Below, one piece after another: positions 27,871-43,149 of a DNA stretch of 64,000 nt. How positions within the stretch are numbered: position 1 is the stretch's first letter; the number at the start of each line of letters is the position of its first letter. A program made the position numbers and the translations under genes. The notes beneath the pieces were generated by a model that did no database searches, was not told the origin of the DNA, and saw nothing but the letters and a program-made list of their open reading frames with translations. Origin of the DNA: Geosiphon pyriformis uo1 (lineage: Eukaryota; Fungi; Glomeromycota); NCBI GenBank assembly GCA_016748015.1, contig JAAOMT010000254.1:1-64000 (forward strand), read 5' to 3'.

Positions 27871-29059
27871 TAAGTAAAAAAGCTTAAAAGTTTTTTTTGT
27901 TTATTATAAATATTAAGTCAAAGTAATTAGTCTTTAAAGATTTTTGATATATGTAAATTTATTTATGAAATTCTTTAATTATAAAATATAAAAATATGAT
28001 TTAATTATTTGCAATTAAGTATATATAAGCTATTTTTTTTAAGCTAATTAAGTACAATTGTTAAGGTCTGACATTGTTTTTTTGCCCTTTTAATAAGCTA
28101 ATAAGATAAAGTTAATATTTAAATCTAAGAAAAGCTTTTTTTTTTACCAAGTTATTATAAAATTTATTTTCAAATAGTTGATTTTCTTAATATTATTGTT
28201 CTATCAGAAAAAAAAAGAAAATTCAAAAAAAAATGAAATTAGTATTATTAATTACTATAATTAAAAGTAATTGATTTAAGTTGTTAAGATTTTAAAGCTG
28301 TTTATGTTAATAATATTAGGTTTGAAATAAAAATAAAAGAAATAATCAATTTGATTTTGATAATACAAATCTAAGAGTCATATATAAATGTATTAAACAA
28401 TATTTTTATTTAATTGTAAATATAAAAACATAAAAAAAATAAGATAAAAAAGTTTTAAAATTAAGATATGTTTTTAAGAAAATGAGTTTTTATTTTTTGT
28501 TTATCTTTTTTATCTGCTAAAATTATTCATTTTTATATATATTTTCTAGTTTTATAAGATTGTTTTTGATTATTAATTATTATTAGCTATTATTTGCTAT
28601 TTTTGTTATTGCTTTATTTTTTATACTATAATTAGTTATTCTATGTTATAGCTAATTATTTTGTGCTATTTCATATTATTGTGTATTATCTTGTATTATT
28701 TTGAGTTATTATATATTATTTTATATTATTTTGTATTATTATGTTTTTTTTATATTATTATATTTTAATTACATTTTTTTTAATAGTTTTTGGATTGGTT
28801 TTTCTACTCAAGTAACTTTATTTTATTTTTTATTTGAACTTATTTAAAAGTCTTTAAGCCATATAAGCACAGATAATAAACAGCTTTACTAAAAAAATTT
28901 CTTAATAAAACAACTTTTATTTTTAAATTTTTTCTAATTAATGTATTTTATTTGTTGTATATATTTTTAAAAACAAAACTAAACTGGATTCTATAATTAA
29001 TAATAAATTATAGCACAAATGAAATCAAATAAAGAAACTATTTGTCTAAGATTAAAGTT

Positions 29060-30420
29060 CTGATGTTTGGTCTGGTTCAGTTCAAGTTCAATTGAACCAC
29101 TAAATTAAACTGAACTTAAACAAAAATTTGGCAAAATTTGGAACTTAAACTTAAACCAAACTTAAAATTGCTGAACTTGAACCAAACCCAAACATATGTA
29201 ACAAGTCTGGTTTAAGTTTGGTTTAAAGTTTATAAATATGTTCAAATTTGACTATTAAAAACATTATATTATACTATATTATTATTTAATTTTCTTTTTA
29301 ATGATTTCTGTATTCATAATTAAAGATACTATGCTGCTCATATAATTTTAGGCACTAAGCAAGACTTCATATTTGTAATCATATTTTTACCTATAGAAAA
29401 AACATATTTAGAAGCAATTAATAATTTTTAGATTGTCAAATAATTACAAACCATATATATAAGACAAAAAAATTGTGTTTAATGTACCTAAATATTAAAT
29501 TATTAATAAAATATTAATTTAAATAAATATTTTTTGTAATATATTTTCTATTATGCTATTATATTTATTTTCTTATTGGTCAATTTTTCAAAAATATAAC
29601 AATTAATTTTATCAAGTTTTTTTTATTATTATTATTAAAGTCTGTTTCTAATATAGATTATATAACTAATACTATAATATTATTAAAATTGCTATTTAAC
29701 AAAAAATTGTTATTTGATGTTGGTATAATATTCAACATATATTCTATTTCAAAGAAAATATATATTCTAAAGAATTATTTATTATGTGAAAGTTAAAAAA
29801 TAAAACTGTTTAAATAAATTAATAACTTACAATTCTTTTGTTTTATTAATATTATCATTAAAAAATTCTCTTTTTGTAAAATAATAAAATTTTTTTCTTG
29901 GATCTAATGCAGTATAAAGCATTATAATTGTATTTGTTTTAAAGTAATATTCAACCAACTTTCTTTTTGTTGTCTTAGCTGTTATAATAAGTAATAGCTT
30001 TAATATTAAATATGTTAAATAAATAACTAAATAAATACAATTAAAATTATAATGCTTTATCAGATTTATTATTATCAATTGTGTTTTTAACATAATTAAA
30101 AATTATATTAAAGAAAAAAATAATTGAGAAAACAGTATTATTTAAATTGATTGATATTTTAATTATAATATCCTTAAATAATTCAAGAAATTTAGCAATT
30201 TTATTAAAGACAGTTTATTGATTATATAAAATGGCATATTAATAGAAGTTAATATAAATGCTAGTAAAAGTATTTAATGTCTATAAATTTACAGTTAGAA
30301 TTTTTGTATTTAAAATATATGGAATCAGAAATAAATAACTTGCTGATTTAAAAAATAACTTATTTTTAATTATGTTATAAGTAAAATTTCACCAAATAAA
30401 ACAATTCAGAATAAGTTTAT
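29060..30420 (-). mobile_element. hAT DNA transposon remnant (3' half of transposase plus terminal region)
   Basis: LDPRKK motif in the 29827-30093 ORF. A degenerate C-terminal dimerisation domain lies at 29330-29455 (MVCNYLTI...ASKYVFSIGKNMITN...LVPKII, cf. MARDYLAI..ASERAFS). Clustered GAAC(C/T)(G/A)AAC-type subterminal repeats occur in both orientations at 29065-29230. Confidence 0.75.
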
Positions 30421-32559
30421 AATATTTAATTTGATATGTATTACAGATAATAAACAAAAACACTTAAAAATAGATTGCTATTTACAGTCAAGTAATCAAT
30501 AATCAGGAAATCAATATTAAAACTCCAATTGTAGATTCCAAACTTTAAATTACTACTTGAATTAAGATTAATATCAGTTTCATTATATCTTAATAACACA
30601 ACAGGCAATATACTTACTATTAATTTATTAAATTCTAGCATTGGTAATATATTAATCACAGCCACAAGTTATTTATTAATATCAATTATTTCAAATACTG
30701 CCATAAAACTCAGCTCAAATAACATCCAGAAACCAGAGACCAAGAATTATTCATATTCAACAAAACTGAAAATTGGCAATAGTTATGTACCAACTGATTT
30801 TCAGTTCATCAAATTAAACATTAGGATTATACTAGCAAAGTTTGAGAACTAAATACAACCAAAACCCAAATTCCCAAAATTATTTAAGTTTCTTAATTAT
30901 TTCAGAAAATGCCCAATCCAACAAACAAAAACCCAATTAAATCCAACTATTCACCAACAATATTCCATCAGCAATCATTATAGAAGACAAATTACTTGCC
31001 ACAATATTCTTTTTTGAAATAGAAACCTCATTAGAAATACTATTATTCAGTAGAACTGTTCTTAATACCAAACCAATCATCATAATATATATTAATGCTA
31101 AAGTCAATAGCCACTTTATTAAGCTAATCTTTAATAGTGATTCAACAAACAGCATTATTATATAACAACTTATGGACCAATTAGATTGCCAAGTTAATTG
31201 CACTGTTAGTGTCAAAATTATTACTACTAATAAAGCAACAAAAATGCCCATTAGTAAGATTAACAACTTTTTATTCAAAGTTAACAGCATCAAAATACTA
31301 ATTAAAATATTGGTAATAGAAGTCATATAGTACTAAGCTCTTATTGATAATAACTGACTGTTCAAAACCAATGTGGTGCTCAATTGAAATATCTAAAAGC
31401 TACAACTTAATTATAATAATTTGCAAACTCAGATATTTGCTACCTGTGGCCACTTCTGAACAAACACTACTATACTAGCACTGCCACTAATCAAATTGAA
31501 AGAAGAAGAAAAGAAATCTACTTGGAAAGTATATCAAATATTATGGACTGAAAAAGACTATAATGAGTTACTACTAATCCTATTATGAAACAACAAAGGA
31601 AAGAAAGAAAAAAAAATGAATTACAAGCTACCATTAATATTAGTAAAACTGCCAACAGTTGACACATACTGTATTTAGTAGACATAAAGAAAAAACCACT
31701 CTACATTTTTCTTAAGTGTATTGACTACAAAAAAAGCTTTCATTTATAGAAGCTTGAATAGTGCCAAACAAAGACTACTGAACACATACCTGTTATTACT
31801 GTAAACTGTACTACTGAAAATGTTTTGGTTATCCAAAATAACAAAGAAAGTAGAACAGTAAACCATGTCTTGCTTATAGAAAAATAATTGATGAAGAAAT
31901 ATGAAATAGCATTTCTGGTCAAAAAAGAATGTGCAATGTATTGTGTTAATGCACAATCTTTATTAGTAATTAGGTAAGTTGAGAAACACTTTTTAATGCT
32001 ACATAGAACTAAGTATTCTTATGCTTAAATAGTTATTCACACAATGAAAACAAAATTTGGCAAATGATAAGTGCCAAAGTCAAAAATACTTTATTCAGTA
32101 AAATATTGGCAATTAAAAACAACCTATCAGAACCAGTTGAAACTGTTCTTATTTCAAATCCAAATGCATTTTTTGATATTTTAAGTAATCCAAAACAATT
32201 TTATAAACATTATTAAGACTTAGCATTTACTAAAGAAAAACAAGAACAGTGTTTGGAACAATTAAATACAAAACTGTGTAAACATTATCTAATTTCCAGT
32301 GACTTCAATTATTGTGATGATTGTGATCTCATTTATAATCTACCATTACCATACATGATTTATTCGATTCTCAAAAAAAAAGAACCAATCAGTAAGTATA
32401 CAGTTGAATTAGAATTAAAATTTAATTCTAATTCAGATTTTAATAATGATGACAACAAAAGTTCTAACTCTGTTTACTATGGCAATAACAATAATAATTC
32501 AAACTCTAATTATAACTCTGAATAATATATAGTGCTTTCAGATTTATTAATGAAACAGG

Positions 32560-32945
32560 AACTAAAATGGTTCAGCAATAATAATGAATGTATTATGCCA
32601 AAATATGCACATAATACTAATACAGAGTTTGATCTTAGATACTCAGAGAAAACTGCCATCAGATTGAAACCACATTTACACACCAGTATAAATCTAAAAA
32701 TAACACTAAAGATTTCAGCAACAACAATAATTTAACTAGCATTTAGATCTAGTCTAGCAAAAAAAAAATTAATATCAGAAGAGGAATAATTGATGCAGGA
32801 TATGTAAGAAATATTATTACAATGCTATAAAACGACTCAAAAAAGAGATATATCATTGAATTAAATGAAAAAATAGCACAGACAATATTCCTACTTTTGA
32901 TGAAAGTAGCTTATTTAGTATTAGTAAGAACAAAAGAAGAATGAA
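32560..32945 (+). pseudogene. dUTPase domain of Gypsy A
   Basis: AHNTNTEFDLRY (motif I), FRSSLAKK (II), GIIDAGY (III) and KIAQ (IV) are present. Motif V has been removed by the adjacent insertion. Confidence 0.8.
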
Positions 32946-34879
32946 CAACTTTCAATAAAAAGAAATAAGAAACAGAATTGAACAAACAATATTAAAAAAA
33001 AAAGTAATGAATTTAATTCAAAGTGAAAATTTTAACAAAGCTCAATATTAAAAAAGAGGAAATAATATTACTTATAAAAATTACAAAGAAAGAAAACTAA
33101 GAAAACAAATAAGAAAATAGACCAATAGGAGAATAGTATTTAACACATAAGCACAATATTAAAAAACCATAACATATTGCTAATGTATTATAACATACTG
33201 CTTAGCAATATAAACAATATCAGTAAATTATAACACACTGCTCAACAATATGAGCAATATCAATAAATTAGGGCACATTGCTCAGCAATATAAGTATTGT
33301 TAATAAATTAAGGCACATTGTTCAAGAAAATATGAGATCTTGTAAAACAAAAAAATATGTATATATAGTAAAAATATTAAAAGCAGAAAAGACAGAATTC
33401 ATCTAAAAATTAATATTAGAATTCAGTTTAGAATTAATACTCACAATTTATTAATTATATTATACTTTTTCTTTCAAAAGATAGCTTTTTATAACTTTAA
33501 GCAGTGTTACAAGTGATTATTTGGAGTCTGGAAACAAATAACAAATCTGTAACTTGGTGCTTAATATTTAATATGGTTGGTAATATCTGAAGATTTTGGT
33601 TGAGTTCTTTGTATAATGGACAAAAATTCAATAGTGTTTTGTTAATAGTCTCTTAGAATTATAATTCCATCAAATTTTTTTCTCAGCTTAATAGCAAGTA
33701 ATCTCTTAGTAAGTTATCCTCAATTTCTGAGTGTTTATCCTTATTTTTGGGTTTTTTATTAGTTTCTTTGATGTTAATAATTTTACATGTTTTAATTTTT
33801 TAATTAATTAGTAAACAATATAACAAAAAAAAATAAAAATAAATAAAAAAAGAAAATAAATAAATAAAAAATTAGTATTTTATCAATAGCCATAATTAAG
33901 AACTATTGTTTTAGTATAGTTAAGTGTTGAATTCTATCAACATAAAGTGTTGATAGAACAGAGCTGATTAGTTATCTTTTAATCAAGTAATAATAACATA
34001 GATTTAAGTAATAATTAATAATTTATTGATATATAATGTAAATTTGGAACTTTTCTTTTAACTGGATGTTTTAGTTGTGAATTCTGTCTTTTCTGTTTCT
34101 AATACTTTTATTATATATACATAATTGATGTTCTATAAGATTTTACACATTTGTGAACAATGTGCCATAATTTACTAATATTGTTCATATTGTTGAGCAA
34201 TATGTCATAATTCATCAGCAATGTTCTTATGTGTTTAATACTATTCTCTTATTGGTCTATTTTTTCTATCTGTTTTTCTTACTATTTTTCTTGTGCTCTT
34301 TTCTATAAGTAATAGCAGAATCAAATTACATATTAATAAATATTAATTACTACTTGAATCCATATTATCATTGCTTAATTAAAGAAATATTAAACTCTTC
34401 TATTCTATCAATACTTCATGTTAATAAAATCTAATACTTGACTACACTAAACCAATAACTCTTGATTATAGCTATTAATAGAATATTAATTTTTTATTTT
34501 TATTTTATTTTATTTTATTTTGTTTTGTTGTGTTGTTTACTAATTAATTAAAAAGATTAAAGTACTAAGTTATTGACATTAAAAATAGTCTGGTAAAAAA
34601 CCCAAAAATAAGAATAAAGAACTCAAAAATTAAGAATAGCTTACCAGAAAAGCACAACTGCCAGAATAAACTGGCTACTATGCTGAAAAAAAATTTGACA
34701 GAATAACTATTCTAAAAGACTACTAAACAATTATTGAATCTCTGTTTATTATACAAAAAACTTCACTAAAACCTTCAGATTATAAAAAATTTTAGAAATT
34801 ACCAACACTACTTAGCTATTAAATACCAAATTACAGGTTTGTTATTTGTATTAACATCCCAAATAATTATCTGTAACAA
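32946..34879. mobile_element. Nested LTR-like fragments of another family in both orientations, inserted in Gypsy A
   Basis: TGTTACAAGTGATTATTTGG at ~33505 and its inverse CCAAATAATTATCTGTAACA ending 34879. 33065-33350 is the inverse of 34130-34315. A ~36-bp tandem array (CACATTGCTCAGCAATAT core) lies at 33165-33325. Confidence 0.65.
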
Positions 34880-37800
34880 TACTCTTTTCTCAAATTTAAA
34901 TATTCTGCCTAGTACTAAAAACTAGTATTTAATTAAAGAAAAACTTTCTAGAATCAACATAAATCCTCTAAAACTCCAACAAAAAAGACAATTAAAATAG
35001 TTAATTGTTAAATATATTAATATATTTACCAAAAACAACAATAACTTTAGAAAAACTAATATTGTGCAGCATCAAATTTACATAAAAGATATTTTACTAA
35101 AATGCCAACAAACTTATTAAATTCTATTTGTCAACTACCAATTCATTAGAGAAAAAGTGCAACAGATGTTTAATAATAGTTTTATCTGGTTATTAAGAAG
35201 TTTTTAGGTCTTGCCAGTAGTTTTTGTAAAAAAAAATAGCAAAATTAAATTTTGCATAAATTATTGTCAACTCAACAATGTAACAATTAGAGATGTATAT
35301 TTCTTTCTAAGAATTAACAATATGCTAAATACTCTTAAAAAAGCCAAGTTTTTTTTAACATTAGACTTAAAAAGCAAATATTGGCAAGTCAAAATGAATT
35401 CAAAAAACCACTCCAAAACAGTATTTACTACACAGAAAGAAAACTACAAATTTAATATTATGTTTTTTGAATTCTGTAATACACCAGCAATATTCCAGAA
35501 ACTAATGAATATTGTTTATAAAAGATTTCTATGGCAATCAGTAATTGTTTATCTCGATAATACTAATATGTACTTTCTAACATTCAAAGCTTATTTAATT
35601 TATCTATAAGAAGTTTTTTAATAATTAGAAAAAGCAAGATTAAAATTAAACATTGAAAAATGTTATTTTGGAAAAACAAATTTGATCTTTTTTGAACACA
35701 TTATTAACAAAAATAAAGTTCAATCCAATTCAGAAACAATTAGTGCCATTAAAAACTTTTAAATTTTCCAAAATATCACAAAATTAAGAGGATTTATCAG
35801 ATTAGCTTTCTATTATTAAAAGTTTATTAAAAAATTTTTTAAAATTGCCAAACCACTTAACTACTTAATCAACAAAAATGTTAGAAACAATAGACTTAAA
35901 CCCAACAATAAGTATTTAAAATTCTCAAAGAAAGACTTATTATAACTCCAATTTTTGTCTATTCTGACTTCAGTAAAAAATTCCAGTTAGCCACTAATGC
36001 TTTACATATAGTCTTTAGTATTACTCTATTACAATTAAATAATAATGGCAATAAATAAGTAATTGTTTATGTTAGCAGAACTCTTAAACCAACTGAATTC
36101 AAATATGGTTTAACCAAATTAGAAGCAGCAGTTATTATCTAAACTTTTAAACATTTCTAATAATATCTCTAAAATAAATTTCAATTTAATATTATTACTA
36201 ATAATATTAGCCTTAAATGGCTTAATAAAAAGAGTTTTAAACTTAGTGTAAAACAATTCTAATAAACTAATTTTCTTGCAGATTACAAATACATTATATA
36301 TTACAAATCAAGAAAACTATATACCAATATAGATAGCCTTTTAAAAATGAGATAAAATTAGAATTAACATTTATAATTCAATAATTTAATAATAACAAAC
36401 AATTAATAAACAATAAATTCCAAAAATTACAACATTAAAAATTATTTGGAAACTCTTATTATGTTAGAAAACTGGTTTCCAATTGAAAAGTAGTAATTAC
36501 AACACCAATCAAAGCAATACTTTATCCATTACAACAAAATCTATTATCAAAATTGTAAAAACTTAACAAATTTATTCAGATTAGTTCAACAAAATGAAAA
36601 AAAAACCATCTTATATAACATATACACAGATTTTTTATCAACATACTTAAGAAAAAATAATATAATTCAAAGAACACTTGAATATTATGTTTGGTTTCAC
36701 ATGCACAAAAATATTTGACAATATATAAAATTATGTGATAGTTGTGAAAAAAGAAAAAGAACTCTCTTTACTGAATCTTTAAATTCAATTAAAATTAGAC
36801 AATCTTTTAACAGAGTGAAAATTAATTTAGTTAGACCACTACTTATTACAATTTAAGAAAACTGTTATATTGTAATTGTAATAGATTATCTTATTAAATG
36901 GCCCAAAATCAGAGCCATTTAAAAAGCAAACACAAAATTAATAGCAAATTTTATATATAAAAACATTATTTTAAACATAGATATCCAATTGAATTCTTAT
37001 CTAATTAAGAAATACATTTTGTGAAAAACTTAATACAAAAAATTTGTAAATAGTTTAATATTAAACAATCTTTATTATTACTATATTATCTATAAACAAA
37101 CAGATTAGTAAAATGTTTTAACCAGACATTGTGTGAATTTTTAGCCAAAATTTTAACCAATTTTGAACAGGAATGAAATATCTTTATTCTATTAGTATTA
37201 TTAGCTTATAAAACACTAAAACAAAATATCATAAAACATATGTTATTTAATTTTACTTATAGAAAAACAGCAATATTACCAATAAACTTTACTGTAAAAA
37301 CATATTCAATACAATCAATTACAGAAAAAAACTTTTAAAAGACACTCTAATAAAGAGTCTACATCTTTCTTAATACATTGAAAAAAAAACAAATAGCAGC
37401 AACTCATATTGAATACTTTTAAGCTCAATAAAAAAAATAGCATAACAACAAATTACTACCAATTACCAATAAATTTAAAATCAGAAACAAAGTTTTTTTA
37501 CACAAAATTAAGGCTAAAAAACAGTGAAATAGAAAATTTGAACATAAATAAAATGAACTATTTTATATTCACGAAATCTTAGACAATAGATTATATAAAT
37601 TAAGACTTGCTAACAAAGTTCTAGCCAAAATTGCACATAAAGATTAATTGAAACACTATTATTCCAAAAAAAATCTTGAATTATTAATTTCACAAATTGG
37701 TATACATTCTTTTTTAATTAATCTTGAAGATATTTTCTGAAATTTAGAATTAATAATTGTAATAAAACAATAAACAAACCTAAACATTTAATTTATTTTA

Positions 37801-39066
37801 TTAGTATTTCTTTTAAAATAATATAGAAACATTAAAAATAGTAAAATAATTACCAAAAAATATCCAAACCAAAAATATGTAAAACCTCTATACTAAAAAT
37901 AATTTCTTTTTTTGTTTTTACAAATTTAAATAATTTTCATTCAATTTTATAATACTTATTTCCTAAAACATTTAATAAATATTCCAAAAATTAATGATAG
38001 CATTATAAATACTTCCAGATTTATCTATAATAGTTAATAGAAATCAAATTAATTATACTCAAAAAGAAACTACAGCCTTAATAGTAAATAATTTTCAGAA
38101 ATATCACCCTTATAGAAAAAACACAAAAAATTATTTTGGAAGTCAATTACCAGAACTTTTGAAACAAGTTTTAAAAAAAAACTTATTATTTACATCCATA
38201 AACATTTTTCTAAATGCCACAATACAACAAAAACTTCAAATGTATTTTAATGATAACAGTAAATATATTCTTAGTTATAAATATTTCCAAATTGGAAAAA
38301 CACTGTACCAACAAAAACTGAAACTTGAAGCAACTAATCTTACTTCTAAAGCTATACAAAAGTAAATACATAATAAATTCAAAACAACAACTGGACTAAC
38401 AAATGTTTAATATAGACTTAGAACAGCTTTTAAACTTTACATATTTAATATGTGTAAAAATGTTCTACAAAATCCAATACTTCAATCAATAAAAATTTAA
38501 TATATTGGCAAGCTTACAAAATAAAAATTTCAACAATTTTTGGACCAAATCATTTCAATAATTTTGGATCACTATTTCAAAATCACAGATAGTGCTTGGA
38601 TTTTAATGGAGCTCAGTTTTAAAGAAGATTATATATTATCAGTAGAATTTTAATCATTAAATTAGCATGAAATTACTTTTATAATTTCTATTATTAATTA
38701 GCATATATTAATATTATTTCAATTATCACTTATTAACTTAATCAAATTATCAAATATTATTATTTAATTAATAATCTAAGTTGTACAATAGAAATTAAGA
38801 TAATTAAATTACACAATACTCCAAATTATATAATATTTAAAAATTTATTGAAATTTGTAAAAATTTGCAAAATATTTTAATAATTTACTGAAATTGGTCA
38901 TAGTTTATAGAAACAACTTGTAGTTTGTCAAAATATATTTTTAGTTTATCAAAATGATAGCAAAGAGAAAAGTTTAAGTTTATAAACTAGTATTATAACA
39001 AGTTATATAAAAAAAACTTCTCTAAAAAAATGTATCTTATTCAGAATTATATTATTTACAATATAT

Positions 39067-39701
39067 TGTTATGGGTTGGAATAATACACTAATAGATAGC
39101 AAGAGAGAACAAGATTGTAGAGTGATGAAAATAATCAAAAAGAGTGTTACAATAAAAATATGAATTAAATGAGTAAGGATTCAATATACATGATCAGTCT
39201 TATAAAAATTACAGTTGTAAATCTTTTCTAAAAATCTGAAAATAGAAAAATAGTCCATGATTGTCAACAAAATAACATTACTGCTATTATTCTATCCCTC
39301 AACTCGACAATTTTTAGAATCAATAATAAGTATTATTGTGTTTTTCAATTATTTTTTTATTCAATGAATTACAAGAGTAAGCAATTGCTTTTTAGGCTAA
39401 TTCTAACAAATACAAATCAAAAAGAGGAAAAAATAAGATATGTAAATACCAACAAGTAATCTTTTATCCTAAGATATTCAGATACTTAAAGATAGAAAAA
39501 AAGAATAAGTGATATGAGAGAAAGTAATTAATAGTGTTTTATTTCATTATCTTGATCATATCTTTCTACAGTTAAGAAACTCATTGCTTATATAGCTATT
39601 AAAAGTGGTTAATGATTAGATCAACAGTCAGATCATTGATTAAAAATAAGGTGGCTAATATATGTAATAATTAATAAAAAGTATGAGTTTTAACTATAAC
39701 A
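39067..39701 (-). repeat. 3' LTR of Gypsy B
   Basis: TGTTATGGGTTGG...TAACA; direct repeat of 54660-55393. Confidence 0.92.
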
Positions 39702-42086
39702 TTATTTTTTTTAAAGAGATTGAACTCTAATAAAATCAAGCTATTTATGAGATAATTTATTTAAAGTTTTATTTAACTCAAAGCTAACTAGTTTATTAAA
39801 GTCTTTAGTAAATAAGATATATAATATTTGAGACAAAATGAGTTTTGTATAAGTGTTTTGGCTCTTCTAGCAATAGTTAAAACTCTTGAAATATCTAATT
39901 ATATAATGCCCAAAATTTCTGCCTATATCTCTAAAGTTGTTTTTTTTATTAGTTTTATATCCTCTATGATTTTACCAAAATAACTATAAAGTTCTAATTG
40001 CCTTCCATATAACAAGTTTTTGTCTATAGGCAAGATTTTTTAAAGTGTTTTTCCAATTGTGCTAGAAGATAGAAGTATAGCTGTTGTTATACTTTTCAAC
40101 AAATATTTATCTATTTTGCTACCAATTTTTTCTTTTCTGGTAGTGGTGTTTTTGGATTTAATAACAGTATGTGTTCTATTGTTATCAGTTATGGTAGTCT
40201 GTTTTTTAATGGTCAAAGTAACATTTAAATAGTTTTTGATCCAATATTCATAGAAAGTATAAAAGACATTTTGAATGGTTTGATCCAAAAAATAATTGTT
40301 TATGTTGATTGAAAATATTTCTGTTTTGAAAATAGTGTATTTATTTATACCTAATTTTTGCTGATTATTTGGGTCAGTATTACCATAACAGACAAGCAAT
40401 TAAGTTGTTTATAATATTTTTTAAGTTGTGTACTATAACCAAAACAATCATTGAAGATTGTTCCAAATTAATTTTGTAGAATATAAGAATTATTGTTTAA
40501 AACTTTGTTGACTAAAAAGAGTTCTTTTTACTGGTTAGAGAATTTATTACTATAGATATTGTCTCTGTCTGAATGATATTCCAATACTAAGTTACTAATA
40601 TTTAAGAAAAATGTTTTATAAGTTTTCTTTTTCTTAAGTTTTTCTTGGAACTGTTTTATTTTTTTAAAGGCAATTATTTATGTTTCTACTAATAAGTCAA
40701 GAATAGTACCAAGTTTTTTTTGCAAAATGTCTTTATAATTCTCTATTGTAATTTTTTTAAAGAATATTGTTTCAATATTAGTTTCTATTAGTAGTATTGC
40801 CATGTATTCATAGAGCAGATAAAAAGATTTATAACTTGTTATGTCATGATTTACAGTTCTATAAGCAAACAAAACTGAAAGCAGTACTTTGTTTTATAAG
40901 TTTGTTTCTTTACTGGTTTTGGTTAAGGTTTTACATAGTATTCTATTGAAATATTCTATTAGACTATTTGTTTGAGAGTGGTAAGGAGAGGAAAGTTTAT
41001 GACATATTCCCATTTTTTTACAAAGTTTTTTAACCAGTGTACTAAGAAAAGCTTTTTTTTATTAGATAAAAGTTTTTTGGGGCAGCCATAACAGCAGATA
41101 ATATCTTCATAAATAAAATTGGCTATTGAGACTGCTGTTTGATCTAAAATAGCTCTTGCTTCTACCCATTTTGTAAAATAGTTGGTAGCTGTAATAATGT
41201 ATTTATTGCCATCAGAAGTTATTGTTAAAAGTCCAACAACATTTATACTAATTCTGTTAAATAATTGGTCAATAGAGATTAGATAAATATTTTTTTTTCA
41301 ATTGGGGGGTTTTTTTTTAACAAGTATTACAGGTTTTAATGTATTTAGCAATGTTTTTTCTTAAGATAGACTAATAATAATAAGCTATAATTTTCTGTAT
41401 TGTTTTTGTTTTTTCAAAGTATTTAATTAATGGATCAATATGCATGTTATAGATTACAATTTCTCTTTTTTCAAATTTAATAACTTTCTGGGGGTGGTTA
41501 TAATCTTTTTTATTTCTTTTGTAAAGTTGGTTTTGGCAAATTAAATAAAAATTTGATTGTTTGTGCAAATGTTTTTTTTGCTGTTAAGTGTATTTTAATG
41601 GATATTGTCTTTTAGCCAAAAATTCTATTAATGCAGAGTAGTTGTTTAAGTCCATTATCATGTTTGTTTGTAAGAGAGTTACTAATAATTAAGTTGGTTT
41701 GGTTAAAAAGTTGTACTATCACTGAATGGTAAGTCTAGAAAAAGCATCAGTGTTTTGATGATTTGCTTTTTTGTGGTGTTGAATATTATAGTCAAATTCA
41801 TCCAAGTGGAGTATTCAGTAAGTTATTTGTTTGTGTTCTAACTTCTTTTTATTGTGCTGTCAAACCAAGGCTTGATGATCTGTTATCACTAGGAATTTTA
41901 CACCAAAAAAATATTGATCCCAATAACTAGTAGTTCAGACTACTATTAAGCATTCTTGTTCAGTAACTGAATAGTTTTTTTCTGTTGGTGTGAGAGTTTT
42001 ACTGGTATATATTATAACATATTCTTTGCTATTTTCATTTTTTTGTGAAAGAATAGCACCAAGTCTATAGCCAAATACATTAGTGT

Positions 42087-43069
42087 TGTTACCGGAGGTT
42101 TTTGGTCTCTTTTCTTAAATGTTGTCGATGCTTGTTTGCTGTGAATTCACGTTTTCTGGATGTGGTTGAACCTCCAATAACTGAATTTATCTTCAAATTA
42201 TCTTCTATAATTTGAACTGCTGGGCTTATAAGTGGAATAGCCAATTTTGTGCCAGTTGCTTTATGTAGTTATATTGTAGTAAACGTCAACTTTTTCCCAG
42301 AAAATGCTTGTCTGGAAGCTCACTAAAAAAAATGTGTAGTTACTTTGCTGTAAAAGTCAACTCTTCTACAGAAATTTTGTCTGTAGACTATCCTAATGAT
42401 TGTAATAAGAAAAGAAAAGAAAAATAAAAAAAATGTAAAAAAAATAGAATTTTATCAAGGGAAATGTTTTCTATCCAGGCCTGGAGTCACTAACAGTTTA
42501 CTGAAATTGGTAGCTAATCAATTTCAAAACGTTAGTTGGGTTTTGGGGATTTTCCAAGTGCAATAATTAAAGAATTTGGTTTTTCAAATTATTTGATATT
42601 TATTTCTTTGTGTGTGTGTAGAAATGGTTCTAAGTGATAAATCTAAAGTAAGATACATTTTCTTGAAGAGAGATGCTTTTCTTTTATATAACTTGTTGTA
42701 ACACTATTCTATAAACTTGAACTTTGCTATTTTCTACAATTTCGCTGAACTAAAGATACATTTTGGCAAACTACAAATTATTTCTGAAAATTATTAGATA
42801 TTTTGGTGAACTATCAATTATTTCAGTGAATTTCTACAAATTTTGGCGAACTTTTTGAATGTTACATAGTTTGGGGTATTGCATGATTTGATCATCGCAA
42901 TTAGGTTACATTTGTGTTGTGTACAAATTGGATTATTAATTAAATGATAATTTCGGACATTTTGCTAATGTAATAAGTAATAATTTGAAACAATAATATA
43001 TGCTAATTAATGATAAGATTTATAAGATAATTTTATGCTAAATAATATCTCTAATTTTGTCTGGTAACA
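42087..43069 (-). repeat. 3' LTR of Gypsy C
   Basis: Direct repeat of 51122-52104. The polypurine tract (minus strand TGAGGAAGAGGTTA) is adjacent at 43070-43083. Confidence 0.96.
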
Positions 43070-43149
43070 TAACCTCTTCCTCAAGATTGAGCTTTGTCGA
43101 AGTCCAAGTACTGTCTGTAATTTCCAGATAGTAATCCACAATTATTGAA

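Noticed and set aside
24851-31956. Short I/L/F/K/N-rich ORFs (e.g. 24851, 26734, 30441, 30937, 31740)
   Set aside because: These are chance or antisense ORFs in AT-mutated transposon DNA.
33165-33325. Regularly spaced ~36-bp repeats resembling a CRISPR array
   Set aside because: These are degenerate head-to-tail tandem units with no unique spacers, inside an LTR fragment in eukaryotic DNA, with no cas genes.
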